From Eledone cirrhosa (taxonomy: Eukaryota), in the NCBI GenBank assembly GCA_964016885.1, contig OZ024754.1:13454001-13518000 (forward strand): a DNA stretch of 64,000 bases, written 5' to 3'. A program made the translations under genes and the position numbers. Positions within the stretch are counted from its first letter, which is position 1, and each line of letters starts with the position of its first letter. The notes under the pieces were generated by a model. That model was not told where the DNA came from, ran no database searches, and saw only the letters and a list, made by a program, of their open reading frames with translations. Of this stretch, positions 13,130 to 27,392 are shown piece by piece.

Positions 13130-13398
13130 CTATGTCTCTATTTCTATCTATTCTCTCACAACCACTCTCTCTTTCTTTCTATCCTTCTCTGTCTCTATTT
13201 ATGAAGGTAGCCAGAAAACTCCGTATCTCGGGAACCCGTGCTTTAATTTACGCGAAACTTGTTTTATTCCATTTGTATTCCCATTTTAGGGTCAACTTCC
13301 TTTCAAAGTATTTTCCCATTATGCGCCCTTTTGGCTGTATTACATTACAGACAAGCAAGCAATCAAGCAATCACAGAGTTTTAGTATTATATAGATAT

Positions 13399-13552
13399 AG
13401 GCGGTCAATTGGCGGAGTTGTTAGAACGTCAGATAGAATGCTTTGCAGTATTCGATTTGGCTCTCTGAGTTCAAATCCCGTTGAGGTCAACTTTTCCTTT
13501 CATCCATTAGAGGTTGATAAAAAAAAGTTTGCAGTCAAGTACTGGGGTCGAT
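13399..13552 (+). mobile_element. tRNA-derived SINE family 1, older copy
   Basis: A box ttggcggagttgttag, B box gagttcaaatccc, and the core. Confidence 0.7.
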
Positions 13553-13964
13553 TCTTCCTCTATATCTCTTTCTCACTTTCTTTCTGTCAATCTCTTTATC
13601 CTTCTCTGGAAAAAAAATTTCTGTATTCAGACCTGGAGAGGAGATGAGCTCCGCCAAGTTTTTTTTTAATGTCCTAGAAATGCCGTATCTCAATACAGCG
13701 CACTTACGACTTCCCCAGAAGTTACGGGACCATCCATTCACCCATTCTTATATCTAGCAACAATAAAGTCGAAGAAATTGCTGTAGATTTGAACCTTAGA
13801 ACAACGAGTAGATAAATTACCGTCTTACACACTCGGTCACTTACGTAGCTTCTCTTACCATAAAGGCGTGAGATAAACTGTATTTATTTGAAGTTTTACT
13901 GATCTAAATCATATGATGTACATTATCTTAATGAAATTATAACTGATTCTACTGTATTATTAAT

Positions 13965-14156
13965 GGCGGTGGATTGGCAGTATCGGTAGAGGATAGGACG
14001 CCATGCTTTTACGCATAGAGTTACGGCCCTTGCCATTCTGAGTTCAAATCTCGCCGAGGTTAACTTTACCTTTCATCCTTACGGGGTCGATAAAATAAAG
14101 TACCAGTAATGTACTGGGTAATTGATGGCCTTGTGCCAAAAGTAGAAACAATTATT
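13965..14156 (+). mobile_element. tRNA-derived SINE family 1
   Basis: Full-length match to the consensus, with attattaat on both flanks. Confidence 0.85.
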
Positions 14157-14569
14157 AATGTACTAATGAAAATTATTTACTCTCCTTAAACTATATTGAC
14201 GATTAATTCTCTGATCTTGCAAATCATTAGCGCTAAATTCATTACACTAGATAAGAAACGATATGAGACAATCGTTTCTCTGATATATTTTTAAGTGCAT
14301 GCATTATTTATTAATGTGTTATTATAGTAAGAGTGGCCCCTGGGAATTCCATGTTTTGTAAACGTTCTATTTTAATGCATAGATTTATCGATCTTCATGC
14401 CAGTATTTCATTGTTAAAAATCTTGATTATATCTTCGATTTCGTTCCATAATTACAGATTACAATTGCTTAAAGCGCAAATATTCAAGCTTGTTTGTTTA
14501 TGCTCAAAGATTTCGATTATGTCTTTGATTTTGTTTTAATGTCAAGTTTATAAAAAAAAGGTAACCAAG

Positions 14570-15087
14570 AGCGGTAGACAGGCATAATTGGGAGCGGGTT
14601 GAATGAAATGCCTTGCAGTATCTCTTTACAGAAACTTAGTCTTCTAGGTTCTGGGTTCAAATACCACCCAGACTAACATTGCATTTGATTCTTCCAGGAT
14701 CGATAAAATAATGTACTGTGGTCAATTAGTGTACTGAATATTATCGACTTCCCCCTGCACCCACAAATACCATCGATGCCAAGTTTGCCTTTCATCTTTT
14801 CGGGATCGATAAAATAAAGTACTATGGTCAATCACTAGATTCAATATAAACGACTTCACCTTCCACCCAAAACTTTCAACTGTTGTTCCATACCTAATAC
14901 TTGAGTACTTATGGATTATAAATATTCATATTTCGATTTTGATGCATAAATTATTACATCTTCTCAACATTGTTTCAAATACCGCCGAGGTTAAATTTGC
15001 CTTTCATCCTTACGACGTCGATAAAATAAAGTACCAGTAATGCACTGGGGTAATTGCTGGCCTTGTGCCAAAAGTAGAAATAATTAT
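14570..15087 (+). mobile_element. Cluster of SINE family 1 fragments
   Basis: Three recurrences of the gtcgataaaataaagtac core. Confidence 0.65.
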
Positions 15088-15229
15088 GTAAATATTCGTA
15101 ATAACGAGTTATATATTTTTCGTGAAAAACTTCTGTAAACTCCAGTTGATAACATAACGTTACATTTTATTAAATATATATAAAAATACGAGAAGTAGAA
15201 ATTAATTAGGTAATTATAGATATAAATGG

Positions 15230-15351
15230 CATATACACGCACAGAGAGGTGTGTTGATTCGTGGAGATGCACATATACACATATATATATATATACACAC
15301 ACACAACACGCACAGAGAGGTGTGTTGATTCGTGGAGGTGCACATATACAC

Positions 15352-15382
<31 letters not shown>

Positions 15383-16219
15383 GAGGTGTGTTGATTCGTG
15401 GAGATGCACATATACACATATATATATACACACAGAGAGGTGTGTTGATTCGTGGAAATGCACATATACACATATATATATACACACAGAGAGGTGTGTT
15501 GATTCGTGGAGATGCACATATACACATATATATATACACACACAGAGAGGTGTGTTGATTCGTGGAGATGCACATATACACATATATATATACACACAGA
15601 GAGGTGTGTTGATTCGTGGAGATGCACATATACACATATATATATATACACACAGAGAGGTGTGTTGATTCGTGGAGATGCACATATACACATATATATA
15701 TACACACAGAGAGGTGTGTTGATTCGTGGAGATGCACATATACACATATATATATACACACAGAGAGGTGTGTTGATTCGTGGAGGTGCACATATACACA
15801 TATATATATACACACACACACAGAGAGGTGTGTTGATTCGTGGAGATGCACATATACACATATATATACACACACACACACACAGAGAGGTGTGTTGATT
15901 CGTGGAGATGCACATATACACATATATATATATATACACACACACATACACAGAGAGGTGTGTTGATTCGTGGAGGTGCACATATACACATATATATATA
16001 TACACACACACACACAGAGGTGTGTTGATTCGTGGAGGTGCACATATACACATATATATATACACACACACACAGAGGTGTGTTGATTCGTGGAGATGCA
16101 CATATACACATATATATATACACACAGAGAGGTATGTTGATTCGTGGAGATGCACATATACACATATATATATACACACACAGAGAGGTGTGTTGATTCG
16201 CGGAGGTGCACATATACAC

Positions 16220-16252
<33 letters not shown>

Positions 16253-16705
16253 GAGGTATGTTGATTCGTGGAGGTGCACATATACACATATATATATACA
16301 CACACACACACACAGAGGTATGTTGATTCGTGGAGGTGCACATATACACATATATATATATATACACACACACACGCACAGAGAGGTGTGTTGATTCGTG
16401 GAGATGCACATATACACATATATATATATACACACACACACACACAGAGAGGTGTGTTGATTCGTGGAGATGCACATATACACATATATATACACACACA
16501 CACACACAGAGGTGTGTTGATTCGTGGAGATGCACATATACACATATATATATATACACACACACACACACAGAGAGGTGTGTTGATTCGTGGAGATGCA
16601 CATATACACATATATATATACACACACACACAGAGAGGTGTGTTGATACGTGGAGATGCACATATACACATATATATATACACACACACATACATACATA
16701 CACAC
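15230..16705. repeat. Minisatellite (~50-65 bp, variable TA/CA spacers)
   Basis: Core cagagaggtgtgttgattcgtggagatgcacatatacac. Confidence 0.95.
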
Positions 16706-16746
16706 ACACGCACAGAGATACATCTACATATGGATGTGCACAAACA

Positions 16747-16790
<44 letters not shown>

Positions 16791-16917
16791 TACATCTATA
16801 TATGGATGTGCACACACAAGCGCATATACACATAACATACGCACACAGATACATCTATATATGGATGTGCACACACAAACGCACATAACCATACACACAC
16901 ACACATACACACACACA

Positions 16918-16960
<43 letters not shown>

Positions 16961-17181
16961 ACACACACACACACACACATCTATATATGGATGTGCACAA
17001 ATAAACGCACATACATATATACACACACATGCACAGAGATACATCTGTATATGGATGTGCACACACAAACGCACATACACATATATATATACACATACAT
17101 GCGCACAGAGATACATCTATATATGGATGTGCACACACAAACGCACATAACCATACACACACACACATACACACACACACT

Positions 17182-17231
<50 letters not shown>

Positions 17232-17321
17232 CACATACATGCGCACAGAGATACATCTGTATATGGATGTGAACACACAAACGCACATAACCATACACAC
17301 ACACACATACACACACACACT

Positions 17322-17354
<33 letters not shown>

Positions 17355-17467
17355 GCACATACACACATATATATACACACATACATGCGCACAGAGATAC
17401 ATCTGTATATGGATGTGAACACACAAACGCACATAACCATACACACACACACATACACACACACACT

Positions 17468-17505
<38 letters not shown>

Positions 17506-18345
17506 CACATACACATATATATATATATACACATACATGCGCACAGAGATACATCTGTATATGGATGTGAACACACAAACGCACATAACCATACACACAC
17601 ACACATACACACACACACTCACACACACACATATATATATACACATACATGCGCACAGAGATACATCTATATATGGATGTGCACACACACACGCACATAC
17701 ACATACATATATACACATACATGCGCACAGAGATACATCTGTATATGGATGTGTACACACAAACGCACATACACATATAAATATACACATACATGCGCAC
17801 AGAGATACATCTGTATATGGATGTGCACACACACACGCACATACACATACATATATACACATACATGCGCACAGAGATACATCTGTATATGGATGTGTAC
17901 ACACAAACGCACATACACATATAAATATACACATACATGCGCACAGAGATACATCTGTATATGGATGTGCACACACACACGCACATACACATACATATAT
18001 ACACATACATGCGCACAGAGATACATCTGTATATGGATGTGTACACACAAACGCACATACACATATAAATATACACATACATGCGCACAGAGATACATCT
18101 GTATATGGATGTGCACACACACACGCACATACACATACATATATACACATACATGCGCACAGAGATACATCTGTATATGGATGTGTACACACAAACGCAC
18201 ATACACATATAAATATACACATACATGCGCACAGAGATACATCTGTATATGGATGTGTACACACAAACGCACATACACATATAAATATACACATACATGC
18301 GCACAGAGATACATCTGTATATGGATGTGCACACACACACGCCCA
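16706..18345. repeat. 60-bp minisatellite
   Basis: Core gcgcacagagatacatctgtatatggatgtg. The period is 60 bp from about 17650. Confidence 0.95.
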
Positions 18346-18577
18346 ACACACACACATCCACACACACACATCTCCCGAATCATGTCTGTTTTCCTTTCAA
18401 TACAAGGATCTTTAGTTAACTTAATACTTCTCTTTTTCGTATCTGTATTTTTCTCTTTTAAAATTCTAGAAATTAAACTCATTAAATTCTTATGGTCAGT
18501 AAATTGAAAACGATGGTAAAACCTGAAATAATTATTTCAGAAATGGGCTCCAGGCTGCTCTTTAATGATAGGTAATA

Positions 18578-18722
18578 GGGCGATGGATTGGCAGAGTTGT
18601 GACAACGTTTGTAGTGTTTGATCCGGATCTCCCTGAGTTCTATTCCCATCGAGGTCAACTTTGCCTTTCATCCTTTCGAGGTCGATAAAAAAAAAAAAAA
18701 ATGTACTGGTCAAATACTGGAT
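18578..18722 (+). mobile_element. SINE family 1, older copy
   Basis: ggcgatggattggcagag..gaggtcaactttgcctttcatcctttcgaggtcgat. Confidence 0.7.
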
Positions 18723-18759
18723 GAAAGACAATACCGAGTTCGGCTGGATTTGAATACAG

Positions 18760-18862
<103 letters not shown>

Positions 18863-19283
18863 ATACTTTGGGAGGGTCATGTTGCCAATAAGAAACACAC
18901 GCACCAGTTGCTTTCACTTCAATTTAATTTAATATATATTTATAAATTTACAAATTTATAAATTTCTGTATAACAAAGTATAACAATATCGGTTTCAACA
19001 CACGATTTCAGATAAAGAATCTTGCTAAACAAATTCAGAAACGAAATATATATATATATAGTAATAATAGTAAATTTGAAGACTAAAATCCAAAGAGGGC
19101 TCGATAAGGATAAATATATATCAAATATATAAGAACCGTAGAGCAAATATTTATTAAAATAACAGATTAAAGTTTAAGCAAAGAATCGCTGCCTTCACCC
19201 TTAAAGGGATCTTCTGAAATATGTGTGTGTGTGAGTGTGTATGTATGTAGTTTATATCTAGTGCAATAACGGTCTTGTTTACG

Positions 19284-19320
<37 letters not shown>

Positions 19321-20009
19321 AAATATGTGTATATATATATATATGAAAATAGGGAGAAAGAGATGATTATGTGGAAGAAAAATATATTTTTTTCCTTTTT
19401 TGTTTCTCTCTCTCCTTTTTCTGGGTTAGAAAATGATTAAAACGAAATGTTTTACTTTGTGTGAAGTGTTAAGGTATTAGTTGATTTATTTATTATTTAA
19501 CAATGGCATTTATTTATTTATTTATATATTTAATTATTGTCTATTACCGGTTTCAGCATTTATATGCATTATCAAATGATAGTGATATGTATTAGTGTGG
19601 TGTCGCACATGTTAAACAGAAGGTGCAGAAAGAATAATGTTATATACAAACAAGGTTTAAGAAGTGAAAAGAAAAAAGAAAAAGGAAAAAAAACGTGCAT
19701 AATGTGGAACGTAAAAAGTCAATGTGGAAGAAAAAATAATGTTATTTACAAGCACGGTCATTGAAGTTAAGCAGTTCAAAATTTGTTAATATAGCAAGAG
19801 TTCTTAGTTGAACAATGGTTCCGTGAAGGAGGCAAATGGTGGACTGTGGTTTGATATGATTTCCCTTTTTAGAGAGTTAATATGCTGGGGGAAGCAATTC
19901 TTGCTGGGTGATATTTAATTTATTTAAGAAAAAGGATTAGGTAGGGTGTGAGAGAGGTAACTCTTGTAAATGTTTGAGGGTTTGTTGCAGTTTTAGATTG
20001 GTCCGATTT

Positions 20010-20495
20010 TTAGGGCATTGAGTAGTGGTTGAAATTTATTGATGAAATGTGTTTCCTTATTGGTACGTTGGATGAAAGTAGCGTTGTCTATGAATTTGTA
20101 AATGGGGAAAATTTTAAAGTTTGGATGTTGGCGATATGTTCACTAAATGCAATCTTTCTGTATTCCTGTATTTTAATTTGTGATTTATGGATGGTCATAC
20201 GTTGACGGAGGCTGTTTTTTGTCTGTCCTATGTAATGCTCTTGACAACCTGAGCAGGTCAAAACATAGATAAGGTTTTCAGATGCACATGTAAAGTTGTG
20301 TTTAACTGTGAAACGTTGTCCTTGTTTAAAATGGAATGTTGAACCTTCTATTAGATTTATGTATATGCCACAGTTGGGCCTTCCGTATTTTGTTACTGTA
20401 GGGTTCATTGTGAGGGTTTGTTGGATTTTGGCTTGTGTGAGGATGTTTTTTATGGATTTGGGTTGTCTTTTGCTCTTTATGATGTTGTGAACGCA
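20010..20495 (-). mobile_element. Penelope-like element, GIY-YIG endonuclease fragment
   Basis: NFTCASENLIYVLTCSGCQEHYIGQT..LRQRMTIH..FSEH. A shifted frame continues KETHFINKFQPLLN. The 5' side is cut by SINEs. Confidence 0.9.
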
Positions 20496-20499
20496 AATC

Positions 20500-21033
20500 A
20501 TAAAGGGAGGTAACTCTATGCAGCAAAGCATGGCGTCCGATCCTCTACCGATACTGCCAATCCACCGCCCTGCTCAAGATTAATAATGGTTTCTTATATA
20601 GGCACAAGGCCAGCAATGTTTCTACTTTTGGCACAAGGCCAGCAATTACCCCAGTGTATTACTGGTACTTTATTTTATCGACCGCGTAAGGATGAAAGGC
20701 AAAGCTAACCTCGGCGGGATTTGAACTCAGATCGTAAATGGTCGCAACTCTATGCTGCAAAGCATGGTGTGCGATGCTCTACCGATACTGCCAATCCATC
20801 GCCCTGCTCAAGTTTACTAATGATTCCTTATATAGGCACAAGGCCAGCATATTTTGGGAAGGGGAAGTCGATTAAATCGACCCCAGTGTGTGACTGGTAC
20901 TTTACGTCATCGACTCCGTAAGGATGAAAGGCAAAGCTAATCTCGGCAGGATTTGAACTCAGATGGTAAAGGGGCGTAACTCTATGCTGCAAAGCATGGT
21001 GTCCGATGCTCTACCGATACTGCCAAACCACCG
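20500..21033 (-). mobile_element. Three head-to-tail SINE family 1 copies
   Basis: ctaccgatactgccaa..cc.cc recurs at about 20545, 20777 and 21011. Confidence 0.85.
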
Positions 21034-21194
21034 AATGATTTCATTATTGGCCACTAGGTCGACATAATAATTGTTTCTAGCATTGGCACAAGGCCAGCAA
21101 TTTGGAGGAAGAAGAAAGTCGATTAATTCAATCCCTCTGTTTTACTAATCGCTCGCTCTGATCGATCGAAAAAATCCCAGACCTCATTCGCTTA

Positions 21195-21400
21195 CCACGT
21201 GGGATGGACCTGGTCAAATTGGACCAAGAAACATTGTTTCCTTTGGTCTTTCCATTGCTGATATTATCTACCAGTCGCAACTCCTGGCAGAAGAAGCAAC
21301 GTGAAATAAAGTGTCTTGCTCAAGGATAGGATAGGATACAACGTATCACCCGATCCAAGAATTGAACTCCCAACCTCACGATGGCAAATCACACGCGCCT
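21195..21400 (-). mobile_element. SINE family 2
   Basis: agcaacgtgaaataaagtgtcttgctcaagga; homologous to 22169-22375. Confidence 0.7.
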
Positions 21401-22168
21401 TCGCAATGCAGTTGTTAATAAGAAGAGTTTAAATTAATGCATGCAAAAACTTTATTTTATCGACTTCGGAATGATGAATGCTAAAGTTGACCTTGGCCAG
21501 ATTTGAACTCAGAAAGTCGTAACTAAAAGCTACAAAGTATTTTGTTCGACACTCTAACGGTTCCAGCAATCCACTGCCCTACAAGGGCCGCATAATAATA
21601 GCAACATTTATAATACCGCCTTTTACGAGGGTGAGCTGAAATGTTCATATGATGATTATGAAGGAGTGACGCTAGAGTTGTGAAATTTTGCATGCATTAA
21701 TTTCAACTTTTCTTATTTTTCTTATCATGTCCACAAGTGTGTCGGCTACAAAGTCTGGATAGATGTGGTTCTGCCACAGCTCAACACATTGCTGTCCTTT
21801 CTCATTAAAATCTGCCAAGTCCAATGCCGTGCAGAGGTGTTCCAGCAGGGAGGCATATCAGGAGGTGCTGCGTTGTCTGTAGTTCGAAGCCACAATCACA
21901 CACATCGTCCCCTTCCTTCAAATATCCCCATTTTGCCAGGGAGTTTGTTGAAAAATAAACCTCATTTGGTCATTCCATGAGAGTATCTTGGTCAGCCTAT
22001 GAACCTTTCAAACGACCCTCCTAAAGCATGCCTCTTTAGTAACATATACTTCGGTCTGAAAGTTAAATAAATGTTTATAGATTTTGGTTGGTAGATGAAA
22101 TCCATAGCTCGGTTTAGTATCAACACCTTTGGGTGCTTTCTTCAGCGTTCATTCTTTTCCTTCCAATA

Positions 22169-22375
22169 GGCGTGTGGCTGAGTGGTTAGAGAATTGGATT
22201 CACAATCGTGAGGTTGTCAGTTCGATTCCTGGACCAGGCGATGCGTTATGTCCTTGAGCGAGACACTTTATTTCACGTTGCTCCTTCTACCTGGAGTTGC
22301 GACCGATAGATAGTATTAACAATTTGATAGACTAACGGAAACATTGTTTCCTCGGTCCGATTTGACGAAAGTCGG
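22169..22375 (+). mobile_element. tRNA-derived SINE family 2
   Basis: ggcgtgtggctgagtggttaga (A box), gttcgattcc (B box), ccttgagcgagacactttatttcacgttgctcc. Confidence 0.8.
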
Positions 22376-22658
22376 TCGACAAATTTTAGGTCTGTTGGTC
22401 TTCCTCCTAACTAAGCTAATAAAAACTTACTACTACAGTCTAGTGGTTCTCATTTACACTACTTTATATATTGAGTTCTGCTCCTGCCAGAGCCGATCCT
22501 TGTATGATTATCTGTGTTCGTAGCAGGTCAATAAAAGCTAAAGTACTATAACCAATAAAAATCAGAGACTAGTATCGATTTAATTGTCTTTAACACACCC
22601 ATAAAATCGCTATGTGACAGTGTGCCAAGATTTTAAAAAGCTTAATAGTTCTAATAAT

Positions 22659-22839
22659 TGTTTCTACTTTAGGCACAAGGCCAGCAAATAGCCAGTGCAT
22701 TACTGGTACTTTATTTTATCGACCCCGTAAGGATGAAAGGCAAAGTCAACCTCGACGGGATTTGAACTCAGATCATAAAGGGACGTAACTATGCTGGAAA
22801 GCATGGCGTCCGACCCTCTACCGATACTGCCAATCCACC
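22659..22839 (-). mobile_element. SINE family 1 with a 19-bp TSD
   Basis: gcttaatagttctaataat at 22640-22658 and 22840-22858. Confidence 0.9.
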
Positions 22840-23005
22840 GCTTAATAGTTCTAATAATGACTGTATGGTTCAGAATTTCGCTTCCCAACCACGTGGTTTC
22901 GAGTTCAGTCCCACTGTGGGGTACCTTGTTTTTAACAATAGTCTTGCGTTAACTAATCCTTTGTCAGTGAAATTTGGTTGACGGAAACTGTAAGTAAGCC
23001 CGTCG

Positions 23006-23046
<41 letters not shown>

Positions 23047-23294
23047 GTGGGTGTGGGTGTGGGTGTGGGTGTGGGTGTGTGTATGTATGTGTGTATGTGT
23101 GTGTGTATGTGTGTGTGTGTAAGTGTATATATATGTGGGTGTGTGCGTGTGTGTGTAAGTATATGTATATGTGTGTGTGTGCGTGTGTGTGTGTGTGCGC
23201 GTGTGTGTGCGCGTGTGTGTGCGCGTGTGTGTGCGTGTGTACATATATGTATGTGTGTGTGTGTGCTCATATGTGTGTGTGTGTGTGTGTGCTC

Positions 23295-23339
<45 letters not shown>

Positions 23340-23340
23340 C

Positions 23341-23414
<74 letters not shown>

Positions 23415-24392
23415 ACGAGATAACCATCTACGCAGTTAACCATACAGCAATGTCTATGTCGTTTGCTGTTAGTTTAATAGCTCTACAATAGTGAGAAAGA
23501 GAGTATTTAGTGGAACAGTTTCATATCCTCCACACGATCAGGTGAAAATTGCAATAAGAAAGAAAATCGGATAAATATAACAAATAATAAAAGAAACAAC
23601 CATCAACAACTACAACAACAACAATAACGACATGAACACATTAAGAAATTATAGGCTTGCATTGTCCTACATCATGGAGGCGGTGTTTAGAAAAATGCCA
23701 GTAAATGTATTTCTATTTCTTCTAAAGAACTAAATATATTCACATAATTTCAACCAAATTAGGAAAATAAACGGTTAGCTTGCCTATTTCGTGAACTAAT
23801 GTGTAGTAATTATGGCACTTATCCAAATATTAATTTTGTCTGTGATATTATTGTACTGGTCGAATGAGCTTGGAAATTTATAATTTTCAGTTGACCTTTG
23901 TAAACAAAGTTTCTTTACAAATAACCAAATAACTATTCTAAGAGCTTTATACGTGATATCAATAACTGTTTGAAAGACAATAATTATGTTGTTATATAAA
24001 ATTATGGACGCTGAGAAGACCTATGTACATCTCAGAGAAATATATTGAAAGAACCAGCCGATACGTTTTTGAAAAAAGAAAAATGATTAGGAACATTTCG
24101 GCGCTTCCCGTATTTCTTTTCTATTTTATATAGTCTAAGGAAAGAGAGAATGGAATTGTTCGATCAGATTGGTGATATGTGATATTCATAATGTTTATAT
24201 TATATATATTTACATATATATATATATATATGTGTGTGTGTAAATATTTATATATTTCAATATATGTATATATTTATATAAATATATATATATTTGTGTG
24301 TGTAAATATTTATATATTTGAATATATGTATATATTTATATAAATATATATATATGTGTGTGTGTGTGTATGTGTGTATGTGTGTATACACA

Positions 24393-24472
<80 letters not shown>

Positions 24473-24560
24473 GGAAAATTTTGAACAGGAACAAAACAGA
24501 GAGGCAGTACTACGAATGTTTATTAATTTCACGCTCTGGAGAGTGGGGTGGTGGTGGGAA

Positions 24561-24592
24561 ACGACGTTTCGGGCATAAGCCCTTCCTCAGGT
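24561..24592 (-). ncRNA. Minimal or degenerate hammerhead motif of PLE type
   Basis: AC CUGAGGA A-GGGC-UUAU-GCCC GAAA CG UC GU. Stem I is only 2 bp. Confidence 0.45.
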
Positions 24593-24834
24593 GAGAAGTG
24601 TGTGGGAACAGAGTTCAAAGGGTGTGTAGGGGAGTGGTGGAGAGACATATAGCGAAAGGAAACGGTTAGAGTATATATATCTTTATTTTTTACCGTTGGT
24701 CAGTCAATGGTAAACATTGAGGACTGAATAAATTAACCGATATAAAAGACACAGAAGTGAAAACCAACCAAACAGTGAATGTGTTCTGTTATTAATTCTG
24801 GCAATATTACGCAAATATGACCCTCCCCAAGTAT

Positions 24835-24870
<36 letters not shown>

Positions 24871-24949
24871 ATGAAATATATATATTTGTTGAATTACCAA
24901 CAAATTAAATATCCCTCTGCTTATATATATATATATATATTACTTGTTC

Positions 24950-25014
<65 letters not shown>

Positions 25015-25018
<4 letters not shown>

Positions 25019-25204
25019 AACAAGTAAGACCCCGACGGCTGAGCTCAAGCCGTTTCGACGGCTAATTCTGTACGAATTAGCCGTCGAAACGGCTTGAGCT
25101 CAGCCGTCGGGGTCTTACTTGTTCCTATTACCCACTCTACTACCCTAAGTATTGAGTACTTTGGTGCGTTATGGTCCACCTGGTTCCTTACCACATTTCC
25201 TTCG

Positions 25205-25207
<3 letters not shown>
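25015..25207 (+). mobile_element. Family F fold-back element (half-hammerhead palindrome plus tail) in (TA)n
   Basis: Palindrome 25014-25128. Homologous copies at 26883, 42159 and 54096. Confidence 0.85.
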
Positions 25208-25269
<62 letters not shown>

Positions 25270-25272
<3 letters not shown>

Positions 25273-25618
25273 TAAATGGAGTGACCATGTAACAAACCAG
25301 GAAGTGAGGAACCGCACCAACCAGCAGCTGGTCTCTTCTGCCATCTGCAAGCGACGCCTGGGCTGGTTTGGGCACGCTTTGAGACTTGCCCCCGGAGAGA
25401 CTTGGCGAACCAAGTACTTAAATGGAACCCACAGGGAAGCAGACGGAGAGGGCGACCCAAAAATGAACTGGCGCCAGACAGTTGAGAGGGACCTGCGAGC
25501 GACAAACAGACAATGGCGAGACGCTGTGCAACTGGCTGCTGACCGAACGCGGTAGAACACTATGATTGCCTCATGCGTCGCAAGACGCGGGAGCTTCTGG
25601 GTCTGATGTATGTATGTG
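25270..25618 (+). mobile_element. RTE-like LINE 3' fragment
   Basis: IKWSDHVTNQEVRNRT..RRLGWFGHALRL..W..TVERDL, followed by a (TGTA)n tail. Confidence 0.8.
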
Positions 25619-25838
25619 TGTATATATACATGCATATATATAAAATTATTATGATTTCATTGTAATTTCATTGTTCTGTGGGGAGCTCAATAGAAGTAAG
25701 TTGAGAAAAAAAAAAGTATCCCAGAACACACTTCTACATAGGTATTACAGAAAACAATATTAATTATATAATGTAATATGACAGGTAGAAAAGTAATCAG
25801 AATATAGTGATATTATTTACACTACTACTGAAACTCTG

Positions 25839-25901
<63 letters not shown>

Positions 25902-25957
25902 ATATATGTATATGTATATGTATATGGAAGATCACTGATGAAGGACTAACTTTATTC

Positions 25958-26024
<67 letters not shown>

Positions 26025-26070
26025 TGTGTGTGTGTGTGTATATATATATATATGTATATATATTTTTTTA

Positions 26071-26126
<56 letters not shown>

Positions 26127-26850
26127 TATATATAATTATATGTATATATATGTATATATATAATTTATATATATAATTATATGTATATATATGTATATAT
26201 ATATGTATATATATATATATATATATTTGTGTGTGTGTGTGGATGTGTGTGTGTGGGGAGGGGGTGTTTGTGGATGTGTGTGTGTGTGTTTATATATATA
26301 TAATAAGTAATGTCAGTAATATTTTTATATCCTGATTGCTTTTACAGTAGCATAGATTTTAAAAGCAACTTGTGGTAATGTGAATTCGTGAATTTATATA
26401 TATCCTCATTATCATCGTCTTTGCGTCCGCTTTTATGTCTGCATGGGTTGGACATGTCCTTCTCAACATGACATCTCTCTCTCTACACGTCCTGATCTTT
26501 TGTAAGTCTCAGAGATTTGAGGTCAGCTCTTACAACCTCTTCCCAGGTTTTTCTTGGTCTATATCGCCTAATCAGCCACTTCTACTGGTCCTTCCTATGC
26601 CGGAAATAGTCTTACATCATTGGTTAACCCCCCCCCCCCGCCCCAGTTACCCCTGTGCATCTTCTACAAACAAAGTCTTCCCGTCCTATTAGCCTACTCT
26701 CGTTGTCCCACTACATCTCTTGTGTACCCAAGATTTACAGTATGTATATCGTAACGAGTTTGTATATATATATATATAGATAGATAGATATATGTGTGTG
26801 TGAGTGTGAGTAAGTGTGTGTGTATATATATATACACACACATACTCACT

Positions 26851-26882
<32 letters not shown>

Positions 26883-26884
<2 letters not shown>

Positions 26885-27073
26885 ACGGAGGAAATGTGGT
26901 AAGGAACCAGGTGGACCATAATGCACCAAAGTACTCAATACTTAGGGTAGTAGAGTGGGTAATAGGAACGAGTAGGACCCCGACGGCTGAGCTCAAGCCG
27001 TTTCGACGGCTAATTCTGGACTAGAATTAGCCGTCGAAACGGCTTGAGCTCAGCCGTCGGGGTCCTACTCGTT

Positions 27074-27077
<4 letters not shown>
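26883..27077 (-). mobile_element. Family F fold-back element in (TA)n
   Basis: Reverse-complement homolog of 25015-25207. Confidence 0.85.
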
Positions 27078-27108
<31 letters not shown>

Positions 27109-27208
27109 TACACACAAATCCGTTGTATATATCCTTATAAACATTTTCATTCTGGTACACCTATACACGCATATTCCTTGTTCTATATCCTTACTTATAT
27201 ATTCATTG

Positions 27209-27392
27209 GTGGATTGGCAGTATCGATAGAGGGTCGGACGCCATGCTTTGAAGCATAGAGTTACCTCCCTTTATTATCTGAGTTCAAATCCAGCCGAGGT
27301 TAACTTTGCCTTTCATTCTTACGGGGTCGATAAAATAAAGTACTAATAATACACTGGGATAATTGCTGGCCTTGTGCCAAAAGTAGAAACAA
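27209..27392 (+). mobile_element. SINE family 1 with an 18-bp TSD
   Basis: ttacttatatattcattg at 27191-27208 and 27393-27410. Confidence 0.9.

Noticed and set aside
15084-18507. ORFs up to 698 aa; repeat-spacer appearance
   Set aside because: Minisatellite translations. The spacers are only variable TA/CA runs.
21624-21720. Possible Tc1/mariner end (tacgagggtgagctgaaa)
   Set aside because: No matching second TIR or transposase was identified.
22169-22245. tRNA gene
   Set aside because: The tRNA-like head runs into a SINE body with several diverged copies, and there is no proper acceptor stem.
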